In this document: piece after piece, positions 43,583 to 52,261 of the stretch
Numbering within the stretch: position 1 is the first letter of the stretch
Layout: each line of letters opens with the position of its first letter
Origin: a virus
DNA: 64,000 nucleotides
Virus record (IMG/VR): IMGVR_UViG_2842363717_000002
Span: 14 to 64,013 of that record
Reading direction: 5' to 3' (one strand)
Notes under the pieces: generated by a model
Told to the model about the DNA's origin: nothing
Database searches by the model: none
The model's input: only the letters and a program-made list of their open reading frames with translations
Translations under genes and position numbers: made by a program

Positions 43583-43666
43583 ATGATTTTGACGTATCTG
43601 CAAACTGCCAACGAGATCGCTGGCATCCTCTCCTTCTTCATCCTCATCTACACGCTGGTGCGCTAG
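43583..43666 (+). CDS. 27-aa hydrophobic peptide, type I toxin-like
   Basis: MILTYLQTANEIAGILSFFILIYTLVR; AGGAGG RBS inside a hairpin; not in the ORF track. Confidence 0.55.
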   Translation: MILTYLQTANEIAGILSFFILIYTLVR

Positions 43667-44031
43667 AACGGCGCATCCTTTAGCGCCTCACGCAACCGCG
43701 CCGCCGCGCCAGACCACGCCGCCTTCACGAGCATGCGTCTGTCGAGCTCGTCATAATCATCAAGCGCAACTCCCCATAGTCCGCGCTCCTCAATCCACTC
43801 GCCGACCGCCTCAACGCCACCATCCAGGGCGGCAAGCTCGTAGTCGTCGAGCCGGCGGATTTTCTTGTAGTCGTCGATCGCCACGATGCACCTCCGGCAA
43901 AGATATTGGGTGTCTCCCTTGGTGTGGTTGATGCCCAGCGCTACGGCGCGCATGCCGCAGCAAAAACACGTGGTGGGATCCCCGGCGGCGTCAACCGTCG
44001 GGGTGAAGGCGGTTTTGGGTATGGTGCTCAT
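43663..44031 (-). CDS. phage hypothetical protein
   Basis: CFCC..YLCRRC; coupled ORF. Confidence 0.7.
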   Translation of the reverse strand: MSTIPKTAFTPTVDAAGDPTTCFCCGMRAVALGINHTKGDTQYLCRRCIVAIDDYKKIRRLDDYELAALDGGVEAVGEWIEERGLWGVALDDYDELDRRMLVKAAWSGAAARLREALKDAPF

Positions 44032-45083
44032 GCCGCTACCGTTGCCGGCACGTTGTCGTTTGCCGCCGCGAACAGGTCTGCCACCGGCTGATCTTTCGTG
44101 CCGAGTGCAGCAATGTTCTTCACAGCCTGGCGGAAATAGGACGGCTTAAGCTCGAAGCCGATGCCCTTGCGGCCCATCTCGACAGCCGAATAGACCTCAC
44201 TGCCGATGCCCAAGAATGGCGTCAGCACTGTTTCGCCCGGCAGGCTCCACAGATCGATGCATCGCTCGATGACGTCGAGTTGCAGCGGCGAGATGTGTTG
44301 TTCATCTTGCTCGTCTCGGCCGCCGCGGTATTGCAGCGTGCGCGTTTGGCGAATGTCGCTCCACACCGGCGAGGCGTAGCGCTGCCAGACGAACACGGAT
44401 CTCCATTGCTCAAAGCTCCACGGCGTGCGGCCATCGGCAATCGTCTCCGCCGCGTGCCGATCGTACGCCTCGCGGCTGACGTCGAGACCGCCATCCTCTC
44501 CGGCCTGCGAGCCGACGAATGCGTCAAACATGCCGTCGACAGGCTCCATATTATCGCCCGGCTTGCGGAACGAAACGATATAATCGGCGAGCCCCTGCCC
44601 ACTGATGCAGCTATCTTTCGTGACCTGCTTATGCAGCAGGCGGATCGATTTAGTGCGCTGTTGCGCGACGACCGGATCTTTCCAGATGCAAACTTCCGAA
44701 TGGAAGATCCACCCGGCATCTTCATATGCGCGGATGATCTCGCCGCGGAAGTCACGCATGCCGATGAAGCCGTTGCGTCTCTTGCTGGTCGGCAGTTGCA
44801 TGCAATGCACGCTGTGAATTCGGCCGGGCTTGGTGACGCGCAGCAGTTCCTGGATCAGGAAAGCATAATGCTCCCAGAACGCGCCGCCCTCATTGTTGCT
44901 GATGTCGCGATCAAAGCTCGAGAACTTATAGAGACCTTCGAATGGCGGCGAGTGAATGCCGAAGTGGACGCTATCGCCCGGCACGGCGCGGATCAGCTCG
45001 CACGAGTCGCCCTCGTAGATAGCGTAGTTGTCGGTGATTACCTGGTTTACGGCATTGACGCCGGCGGTCACGGAATTGGTCAT
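44028..45083 (-). CDS. DNA methyltransferase (N4-C/N6-A, beta class)
   Basis: HSPPF, H..PLQLDVIERCI, VLTPFLGIGS; ends AANDNVPATVAA. Confidence 0.88.
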   Translation of the reverse strand: MTNSVTAGVNAVNQVITDNYAIYEGDSCELIRAVPGDSVHFGIHSPPFEGLYKFSSFDRDISNNEGGAFWEHYAFLIQELLRVTKPGRIHSVHCMQLPTSKRRNGFIGMRDFRGEIIRAYEDAGWIFHSEVCIWKDPVVAQQRTKSIRLLHKQVTKDSCISGQGLADYIVSFRKPGDNMEPVDGMFDAFVGSQAGEDGGLDVSREAYDRHAAETIADGRTPWSFEQWRSVFVWQRYASPVWSDIRQTRTLQYRGGRDEQDEQHISPLQLDVIERCIDLWSLPGETVLTPFLGIGSEVYSAVEMGRKGIGFELKPSYFRQAVKNIAALGTKDQPVADLFAAANDNVPATVAA

Positions 45084-46492
45084 TATGCGGCACCTCCTAG
45101 CCATGTCGGGATCTGCATCGGGATTTTCGGATCGTAGTTAGCCTTATCGCGCGCCTGCGCATTGATGGCTGCTTTGGTGATGTTGGCTGTGTGCAAGACC
45201 ATGGCCGCGGCCATGCGGTCGGCGTCAGCCTCCTTGCGTTTGAGGTTCGCTACAACGGCGCCCTCGGTCTCGGCGGCGATGAAATGCGCCGTGACTTCGT
45301 TCTGCTGACCGAACCGCCAGAAGCGGCGCACCGCCTGATAGACCTGCTCGAAGCTGTCATTGAGGCCGACAAATCCGGTATCGGCGCAATGCTGCCAGTT
45401 CATGCCAAAACCAGCGATCGACGGCTTTGTGACGAGAACGCGGATTCGACCTTCGCTGAAGTCGATCAACTTCCGCTCTTTGACGTCTTCCTTGTCGGAT
45501 CCTCGCACTTCGACAGCGCCTGGAATGGCGGCTGTCAGTGCTTCGCTCTCGGCGTTGAGATTGCACCACCAGACGAACGGCCGATCGGTAGGCGTTAGGC
45601 TTGCCGCGTGCGCGACACGGTCGCCGACGCTATCTCGGCGCGCCTTGATGCGCTCCTGCAAGGTCGACGCGCGACCGCCGACCAGATCGACGTTGTCAGC
45701 AGACATTGTCACCGTATGGTGAACTTGGTGGAGTGCCGGCAATTGGTAGGGGCCATCGCCGTATCCTAGGTCTGATGGCTTCCGGAGCATGACAGCCCAC
45801 GACGCCATCCATCGCCAGAAGTCGTTTTCGGCATGGCCCTTCAGTCGCCACTTCTGCGTCTCGCCGCCATCGTGCGTGAAGAAGGTGGCGAGCATATCCG
45901 AATAGGACATGATGCCGAGGAATTCAGCGTGGTTGCCGAGTTCCATGAAGTCGTTCGGCGCAGGCGTTGCGGTAGCTGCCAGTCGGAATGGAATGCCGTG
46001 GCAAGCATCCACCAGTTCATTGCGGTAGTGGCCCGACTCGGACTTGAGAATGCTGCTCTCGTCGAGGATCACGCCGGCAAACCGATCGAGATTGAAATGC
46101 TCGATCTTCTGATAGTTGGTGATGTTGATGCCCGGGCCGCATTCGTCTTGGGATTTGACGTGGCGCGCCGGAATTCCGAACTTCTCAGCCTCCCGAACCA
46201 TCTGCGCAGCGACGGCCAACGGCGCAAAATGCAGAATATCGCCCTGCGTTGCGTCGCCGACGGCCTGACCCCATGACAATTCCATGAGGCTCTTGCCGAG
46301 ACCAGTCCCGGCGAACAGCGCAGCCCGGCCGCGCTTGAGCGCCCATGTGACGATGTCGCGCTGGAATGGGAACAGGACAGCAGGCAGTTCTGGAATCTCG
46401 GTCAGGCCAGTCGGCGGATCCAAGATCGCCTTTCTGGCTAGAAACTCAGCATAGGCGTCAGCCTGCGCCGATGGCGCAATGTTCATATTCAT
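45083..46492 (-). CDS. SNF2-like helicase
   Basis: LFPFQ, GTGLGKS, LDES, TATP, GMNWQ, QAVRR. Confidence 0.85.
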   Translation of the reverse strand: MNMNIAPSAQADAYAEFLARKAILDPPTGLTEIPELPAVLFPFQRDIVTWALKRGRAALFAGTGLGKSLMELSWGQAVGDATQGDILHFAPLAVAAQMVREAEKFGIPARHVKSQDECGPGINITNYQKIEHFNLDRFAGVILDESSILKSESGHYRNELVDACHGIPFRLAATATPAPNDFMELGNHAEFLGIMSYSDMLATFFTHDGGETQKWRLKGHAENDFWRWMASWAVMLRKPSDLGYGDGPYQLPALHQVHHTVTMSADNVDLVGGRASTLQERIKARRDSVGDRVAHAASLTPTDRPFVWWCNLNAESEALTAAIPGAVEVRGSDKEDVKERKLIDFSEGRIRVLVTKPSIAGFGMNWQHCADTGFVGLNDSFEQVYQAVRRFWRFGQQNEVTAHFIAAETEGAVVANLKRKEADADRMAAAMVLHTANITKAAINAQARDKANYDPKIPMQIPTWLGGAA

Positions 46493-46586
46493 CTTGTCTC
46501 CTCAGACTGTGGTGGATCATCCCGCGCGTTGGTGGCGCGCGGAGTGGTGTATGTTATGGTAGCTTGCACTCAACGAAAGGCTGGCG

Positions 46587-46883
46587 ATGACACCGTTTCA
46601 ATCGAAGAAGCTAAAAAAATCATTCGCGTCGCGGCATGCATTTGTCGAAAAGCCGGAGCCGTTCAACGTCAAGGTTATGTCATGGCCGGCGCCATGGAAG
46701 GGATCGGACGAGTACATCAATTTCGCGTTCGATATCGGCAGGAAGATGAACGAAGAAATCATTCACCTTCGAATTCACAAGTCCGATTACTCTGAGATCA
46801 TGAAAACCATGCTGGATATCGATCGCGAGGCCACGATCAAAGCGTTCGCCGAAGCGATACTTGCGGCGCCTGACCAGCCGTAG
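46587..46883 (+). CDS. moron hypothetical protein
   Basis: Opposite-strand ORF filling the gap. Confidence 0.6.
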   Translation: MTPFQSKKLKKSFASRHAFVEKPEPFNVKVMSWPAPWKGSDEYINFAFDIGRKMNEEIIHLRIHKSDYSEIMKTMLDIDREATIKAFAEAILAAPDQP

Positions 46884-46887
46884 GCCA

Positions 46888-47616
46888 TCAAGCCGCAACC
46901 TTCCGCTCGACAACGGCGAACCCCGGCACATTCCGAACTCCCGCGCGCACGACTTCCTCGGCGTTCTTCTGCGCCACGGCCAGCACTTCCGCCTTCGCGC
47001 GTGCCCATAGCCAATCCATGGCCGCCTCCTCATCCACCAGCGTCACGTCCCACACCGTGCGCAGCCCGGTGCCTACGGTCGCCGCCTTGTCGGCACGCTT
47101 CGCAGTCTTTTCCAGCTTCTTAGCGTCGGCCAGCAGTTCCTCCGCCTCTTCCCGCGCCGCGAGGTTGCCCGAGGACGCGCGAATGGCCTCATCTGCGGCA
47201 AGCTTAGCGGCTGCTGCTGCTGCGGCCACACGGGCAGCTTCCTCCGCCGCTGCGATGGCCTTGGCGGTGCGCCACGGCGTCAGCAGGGTGTCGAGCGTCG
47301 ACTTGGCCATGTCCACCTTGCCTTTTTTAGGGGCAATATAGACGTTGTAACGGTCCTGGATCTCCTTGACCTTAACGTCGAGCGGCTTCTTCTCCTCGAC
47401 GCGCAGCGCATCGGCGCGTTTGCCCGCCTCGTGGATTCCGTCTCTCAGTCGCTCGATCTGGTCGTGCATTTCCTGGCTGGTGATCGGCTCACCGTCGGCC
47501 CAATTCTTGGCTTCATCGAAGAGGTCTTCGATTTCCTGCTTGATGGCGTCGAATGGTGACTGGTTGTGGGTCTTGGGCGGGGTGGCGATTGCGGTGGGGT
47601 CGAAGGTGTTAGTCAT
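46888..47616 (-). CDS. phage coiled-coil protein
   Basis: Ala-rich helical ORF, coupled. Confidence 0.7.
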   Translation of the reverse strand: MTNTFDPTAIATPPKTHNQSPFDAIKQEIEDLFDEAKNWADGEPITSQEMHDQIERLRDGIHEAGKRADALRVEEKKPLDVKVKEIQDRYNVYIAPKKGKVDMAKSTLDTLLTPWRTAKAIAAAEEAARVAAAAAAAKLAADEAIRASSGNLAAREEAEELLADAKKLEKTAKRADKAATVGTGLRTVWDVTLVDEEAAMDWLWARAKAEVLAVAQKNAEEVVRAGVRNVPGFAVVERKVAA

Positions 47617-47960
47617 TCTGCGGCTCCCACCAGCGAACGAAGGCGAGCGATGGACGGCTCGACATGCCCATTCCAGTCGCGGATCAGGTCGTCAGTTTCG
47701 TCGTCTAGGTTGATCTCGTCGAGGCGAGCAAGCAGGAACTGCGCCTCGCCAGTGATAGATCCGAGCCTCTCCCGAAGTGCGGCTACCTCATAAGCCAGCG
47801 CAATATGCAGGTTGTCTGGTCCGCTATCGCGGAATGCCGGCCATTCATCGCCATAGCGAAGCGCCTCCCAATTGCCGGCATTCTTCTGTTGAATCGTGTA
47901 CTTGCCATCGTTCACGGTCACTGAAATCAGTCCGTCCTCGGCTCTTCTCTCGGTCATCAT
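47613..47960 (-). CDS. phage hypothetical protein
   Basis: GAGGAGAC RBS with CCAC motif. Confidence 0.65.
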   Translation of the reverse strand: MMTERRAEDGLISVTVNDGKYTIQQKNAGNWEALRYGDEWPAFRDSGPDNLHIALAYEVAALRERLGSITGEAQFLLARLDEINLDDETDDLIRDWNGHVEPSIARLRSLVGAAE

Positions 47961-48000
47961 CGTCTCCTCACGTGGTGTGGTTGTCGCGCTGGTTGGGCGC

Positions 48001-48501
48001 CTATGATTTCGCCCAAAGGGCAACGTCATCAAAATGCACTGGCGTAAAACCGATGCTTTCTACTGACATGTCGCGGTGGAACCCCTCGAGCCCCTCAAGG
48101 TTGCCGTGGACATGCCCATGCAAATTCTTGGTGCCGTGCCGCAACTGGTCCAATCGCATCGGAATGTGAGATGCAGTGAAACCTTCGTCACGGAATTGCC
48201 GCCACAGCGCGATGCGTTGAAAGATCCCCGCTGCTGCAAGAGACGGAATGTCATCGTGATTGCCGACAATTAGGCGGATAGCGCCGTTGAGCTTCGGACG
48301 TACGCGCTTTGCATCTTCTGTCTTCCAAGCGAAATCGCCTAGGTGATAGACGAGATCCTGTGGTTTTACCGCCGCGTTCCAGTTATCGATAATCGCTTCT
48401 TCCATTTCGCTCAGCGACGAAAACTGTGGCCTGCAATAGGTGATGATATTGTTGTGACCGAAGTGGGTATCACTGATGAACCATACATTTCTTGCCGTCA
48501 C
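48001..48501 (-). CDS. calcineurin-like metallophosphoesterase
   Basis: SDTHFGH, LGDF, GNHD, SHIP, HGHVH. Confidence 0.88.
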   Translation of the reverse strand: MTARNVWFISDTHFGHNNIITYCRPQFSSLSEMEEAIIDNWNAAVKPQDLVYHLGDFAWKTEDAKRVRPKLNGAIRLIVGNHDDIPSLAAAGIFQRIALWRQFRDEGFTASHIPMRLDQLRHGTKNLHGHVHGNLEGLEGFHRDMSVESIGFTPVHFDDVALWAKS

Positions 48502-48551
48502 TGGCGTCTCCTCACGTGGTGTAATTTGGTAGCTTCACCGTGGCGTCAATT

Positions 48552-48565
48552 TACAAATTTGTCAA
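48552..48565 (-). promoter_or_regulatory. TTGACAAATTTGTA motif (copy 6)
   Basis: 22 bp identical to copy 1 (ATTGACAAATTTGTAAATTGAC). Confidence 0.7.
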
Positions 48566-48567
48566 TC

Positions 48568-50313
48568 TCAGAACGGGATATCGTCGTCCAATTCCCACCG
48601 CTCCGCATAGCTGCGATTGTCGTTCGCAGGTGCCGGGACGTTGTCGTTGGCGGCGGTACGCGGCCCAACACGATGCGCCATGACATCGGGATATTTGGGA
48701 TTGCGCGCGTAATCGAGTTGGACTTCTACCGTGTCGTCGAGCTCGCCCTGTCGCTCGAGCCATTGCAACACAGTGGAAGGGAACGGACGGCTGCCACCAT
48801 GAGCCAACCAGTAGCGGTCAGCCTTGGTTTTTGGGTATCCCTTGTGCTCGCAGCACAGCCATTCATTTATCGATTTCATGCCCACGAGATAGGTGCACTT
48901 GACGGAGTCGACTTTTCCATCTTTCCCTGGGTGATGGCGGAAAGACCTCGATGACACTTCATACCAAGGCTTTTCCGTCGAAAGCACTGGTGTCTTGTCT
49001 GCGTGCGCCGTGATCTTCTCTTCCTCATTTGGCGGGAAGACGTAGCCGCAGCACTGGCATGTCATAATCGAGATCGGGATGAGCTCGCCGCAACCGCAAT
49101 TGCCATTCACGTCTGCGGTATCCTGTGGGCACTGCTTTTTCGGTTGTTCGCCAAGGCCCTTGCCAGGCTCACGCGGGCGAATCTGATCGATTGGCCCGTG
49201 ATAGGCTAGGTTGCGGCCGTGATCGGCAATGAGGCAATCGGTCTTGCCGGCGCAGTTGCGCGTTCCCCTTCCCAAAATCTGCACAAGCTTGCCAGGCGAC
49301 TTAGTCGACAAGATCAGGCTGATGAAATCGACGAACGGGAAGTTTGTGCCAGTCGTGATCATTGAGACCGACGAAATCGCCCAATATTTGCCAGAGCGGA
49401 AGCCTTCGAAAATCTCCTTGGTTTGGTGGGAGTTGTCGCTGGTCAGTACGGCACACGTCCTGCCGTGCCGGCGGATGGCATCTGCGACGTGGTTGGCGTT
49501 CTCCTTACTGGTGCTGAAGAATAGCCCCGCCCGCCGTCCTTCAGACAGTACCATGTCTTCTGCGACAGCCTCTTCGATGATTCGTTCGGCTGCTTCGGAA
49601 ATCTGGCCCGGGATATACTCGCCGCCGCGTGTGCCAACACCTTTGAGGTCGATCTTGCTGGTGGTTTTCTGGCTGGTGAGAGTCGTCAGGTAACCTTGCT
49701 CGATAAGCTCGCCGATGCCGATTTCATAGACGACATCATCGAAAAGCTTGAATTTGGCAGGTGCGCCGGCGGCAATAAGTTCGGGAGGCGTCTCATCATC
49801 ATCCAGGTCATCGGTCAGCCGACCGGAATCCATGCGATAGTCGGTCGCCGTGGTGCCGCAGGTTCGGCTGTCCGGATTGCGGGCGCGAACATCCTTGAAG
49901 AACTTGCCGTACTGCGTGTTGGCGTTGCGTGAAATGGCGTGCGCCTCATCGACGATGACGAGGTCGATATCGCCCAGCAGTTCAACCTTATTCCACACGG
50001 ACTGGATGCCGCAGAACAACACCTGTGCGTGCGCGTCGCGCCGCTTTAGGCCGGCGGAATAGATTCCCGCCGGCGCAAACGGTGACAGACCAATGAACTC
50101 CTTGAAGTTCTGCTCCACCAGTGGCGCCGAGTGCGTAACGTTGAGGATCCGCATGTCCGGATAATCGGCCAGCAACTCTTCTATCAGCTTGGCGATCACA
50201 AGTGCTTTTCCGGCGCCGGTCGGCAGAACGATCAAGCCGTTTCCGCCATCGTTGGCCCAATAGGCGTACAAGGCGTCTAGGCTGGCGCGTTGGTAGTCGC
50301 GGAGTTCAAGCAT
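48568..50313 (-). CDS. SF2 DEAH helicase (RadD/UvsW-like) with Zn ribbon
   Basis: LRDYQ, PTGAGK, VDEAH, TAT, QILGRGTR, KQCP..C.CCG. Confidence 0.9.
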   Translation of the reverse strand: MLELRDYQRASLDALYAYWANDGGNGLIVLPTGAGKALVIAKLIEELLADYPDMRILNVTHSAPLVEQNFKEFIGLSPFAPAGIYSAGLKRRDAHAQVLFCGIQSVWNKVELLGDIDLVIVDEAHAISRNANTQYGKFFKDVRARNPDSRTCGTTATDYRMDSGRLTDDLDDDETPPELIAAGAPAKFKLFDDVVYEIGIGELIEQGYLTTLTSQKTTSKIDLKGVGTRGGEYIPGQISEAAERIIEEAVAEDMVLSEGRRAGLFFSTSKENANHVADAIRRHGRTCAVLTSDNSHQTKEIFEGFRSGKYWAISSVSMITTGTNFPFVDFISLILSTKSPGKLVQILGRGTRNCAGKTDCLIADHGRNLAYHGPIDQIRPREPGKGLGEQPKKQCPQDTADVNGNCGCGELIPISIMTCQCCGYVFPPNEEEKITAHADKTPVLSTEKPWYEVSSRSFRHHPGKDGKVDSVKCTYLVGMKSINEWLCCEHKGYPKTKADRYWLAHGGSRPFPSTVLQWLERQGELDDTVEVQLDYARNPKYPDVMAHRVGPRTAANDNVPAPANDNRSYAERWELDDDIPF

Positions 50314-50675
50314 CAGGCGACATCCTTCTGTTTGGACGCCCATGCAGCCTTCCAGTCCAAGCTCCACCGAGTGCGGGCCTCGCGCACCGCCGTAACGCGA
50401 GCCTTGGCTGCGGCCGCCTCGGCCTCGCCCCGATCAGTCAGGAAATAGATCACGGCGCCCTTGCCGAATCCGATGCCGCTTGATTTGACCCATCCAGCGC
50501 GCACGCATTTCTTCCATGGCGCGCGCAACCACCGATCGCCCGGCTCCATCCGGCCGCAGAAGGTGCCGTCGGTGCGAACGAAGCCCGCCATAATCTGGTC
50601 AATATACGGGCTGTCTTTCGGAAGCGGCCGGCCCACCAGCTCCTCTGACCACGTCAGTTTTTTCTTCGCCATCAT
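50313..50675 (-). CDS. phage hypothetical protein
   Basis: Coupled ORF. Confidence 0.65.
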   Translation of the reverse strand: MMAKKKLTWSEELVGRPLPKDSPYIDQIMAGFVRTDGTFCGRMEPGDRWLRAPWKKCVRAGWVKSSGIGFGKGAVIYFLTDRGEAEAAAAKARVTAVREARTRWSLDWKAAWASKQKDVA

Positions 50676-51199
50676 GCCGCCTCCCGCTTCGTCTTCCGCC
50701 GCAGCGCCGTCAGTTCCTTCTCCTCAATCTGGCGAACGCGTTCTGCGGTAACGCCCAGGTCGGCGGCGATCACCGGCAAGGTCTCGCCCATGGCGCGACG
50801 AATGACCACGTCACCACCGCGCTCGCTCATGGCGGCCAGTGTTTGAGTGAGCTCGACATGATCCATCTGTGTCGGCAATGTGCCGCGCATCGCCATCAGC
50901 CTGCCTTCCGGATCATCGACAATCGCCAGGCGCCGCCGGGTCGCATCGCGCCGCAGGCTCAAGACGCCGCGCATGCTCCAATACATCCAGTTGTAAAAAC
51001 CACCATCCTCGCGGTAGCCGCGCCAGTTGCGCAGGCAATAGATGATCGTGTCGGTGACCAGATCCTCTCGCTCCTCGGCGTTACGCGTCAACTTGCGCGC
51101 CAGAGCCTCGAGGCCACGCTTATATTGCATGATGCGCGCGTCGAACTCCGGCGGCCGGCCCTCGGGGTTGTCATTCGCTGCTGTGTACTGATTGCTCAT
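50672..51199 (-). CDS. ECF-sigma-like protein 1
   Basis: LARKLTRNAEEREDLVTDT..F.NW; C-terminal GETLPVIAADLGVTAERVRQIE. Confidence 0.7.
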   Translation of the reverse strand: MSNQYTAANDNPEGRPPEFDARIMQYKRGLEALARKLTRNAEEREDLVTDTIIYCLRNWRGYREDGGFYNWMYWSMRGVLSLRRDATRRRLAIVDDPEGRLMAMRGTLPTQMDHVELTQTLAAMSERGGDVVIRRAMGETLPVIAADLGVTAERVRQIEEKELTALRRKTKREAA

Positions 51200-51672
51200 G
51201 CTGCCACCTGCATCAGACGGCCGCGTGCCAATTCCCGGCGCTGGCGCATTGCCTCTCGAGAGATGCCGCGTTCTCGCCCCATGTCTGTTAGCGTGTCGCC
51301 CATGGCCTCGCGAATGACCGCCTCGCCGTCGGGGATGGTGGAAAGCAGCGACAACACCCGGGACAACGTCGCTGCGTCATCCTGGTTCTGGATGGCACCA
51401 ACGCGGTAAGCCGCAGTCTCAGGCACGGTGACGCCGCAGCGCATGGCCTGCCGAGATTTGCGGATGTGGTTGCTGGCCGCTCTGCGGAGGATGATCTGCG
51501 CCCAGGTGCGGAACGTGCCCATGCGGCAACGATCGGCAAGGTGGAGCATGTCTGTCAGTGCATCCTGCAGAAGGTCTTCTGCGCGTGGGCCGGCCATATA
51601 TTTGGCCTGGCGCTTGAGGGAGGGAAGATATGCGGTAAGGGCGGCGTCGAAGCCGGGTGGCCGATCGGTCAT
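51196..51672 (-). CDS. ECF-sigma-like protein 2
   Basis: YLPSLKRQAKY..AEDLLQD..FRTW; GDTLTDMGRERGISREAMRQ. Confidence 0.7.
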   Translation of the reverse strand: MTDRPPGFDAALTAYLPSLKRQAKYMAGPRAEDLLQDALTDMLHLADRCRMGTFRTWAQIILRRAASNHIRKSRQAMRCGVTVPETAAYRVGAIQNQDDAATLSRVLSLLSTIPDGEAVIREAMGDTLTDMGRERGISREAMRQRRELARGRLMQVAA

Positions 51673-51715
51673 GGTTGTCTCCTCTTGTGGTGGTGATTGG
51701 CTGGTGAGGCCCGTA

Positions 51716-52261
51716 TTAGTTGTCGTTTGCGGCGATCATATTTTTAGCACTGTCTCGTCGGTTGCGGCGTTGCTCCTGCCCAGTAGCCCACCTGCAGTTG
51801 CTTGGCTCGTAATTTCCATCGTTATTGATGCGATCCAGCGTTAATCCGTGCGGCCGCTCACCCATGTCCTCTAGAAAATTGTCGAACAGGAACCATCTCT
51901 CGCAAACGCGTATGCCCCTGCCACCATATCGCTCGTAGTGAAGTTGATTTGAGTTTGTGCATCTCTCAATCATTCCTCGCCACGAGTTATAGGTCTTTGA
52001 TGGCCCACCCTGTCTGCTCGCGTTCCCGTGCGTTGCATTAGCTGCCGTTGGTCCTGCCAGCATACATCCACAAGACTGAACGCCTCCATATCGAAGGTCG
52101 CTGGTGCTTCCGACGGTGGATCGTCCACATTCACAAATGCACAGCCATGTCTTTCGAGTGCCTTTCTTTCCTGCGTATTCAATAACAGTGAGGCGTCCGA
52201 AGACGTCCCCAACTAGGTTTGGGTATTCTCTAGCCATTGCTTGGGATCTCATCTTTTCCAT
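51716..52261 (-). CDS. HNH-type homing endonuclease
   Basis: GDVFGRLTVI, WLCICECG, TYNSW..MIERC, TLDRINND.NYEPSNCRWAT. Confidence 0.85.
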   Translation of the reverse strand: MEKMRSQAMAREYPNLVGDVFGRLTVIEYAGKKGTRKTWLCICECGRSTVGSTSDLRYGGVQSCGCMLAGPTAANATHGNASRQGGPSKTYNSWRGMIERCTNSNQLHYERYGGRGIRVCERWFLFDNFLEDMGERPHGLTLDRINNDGNYEPSNCRWATGQEQRRNRRDSAKNMIAANDN

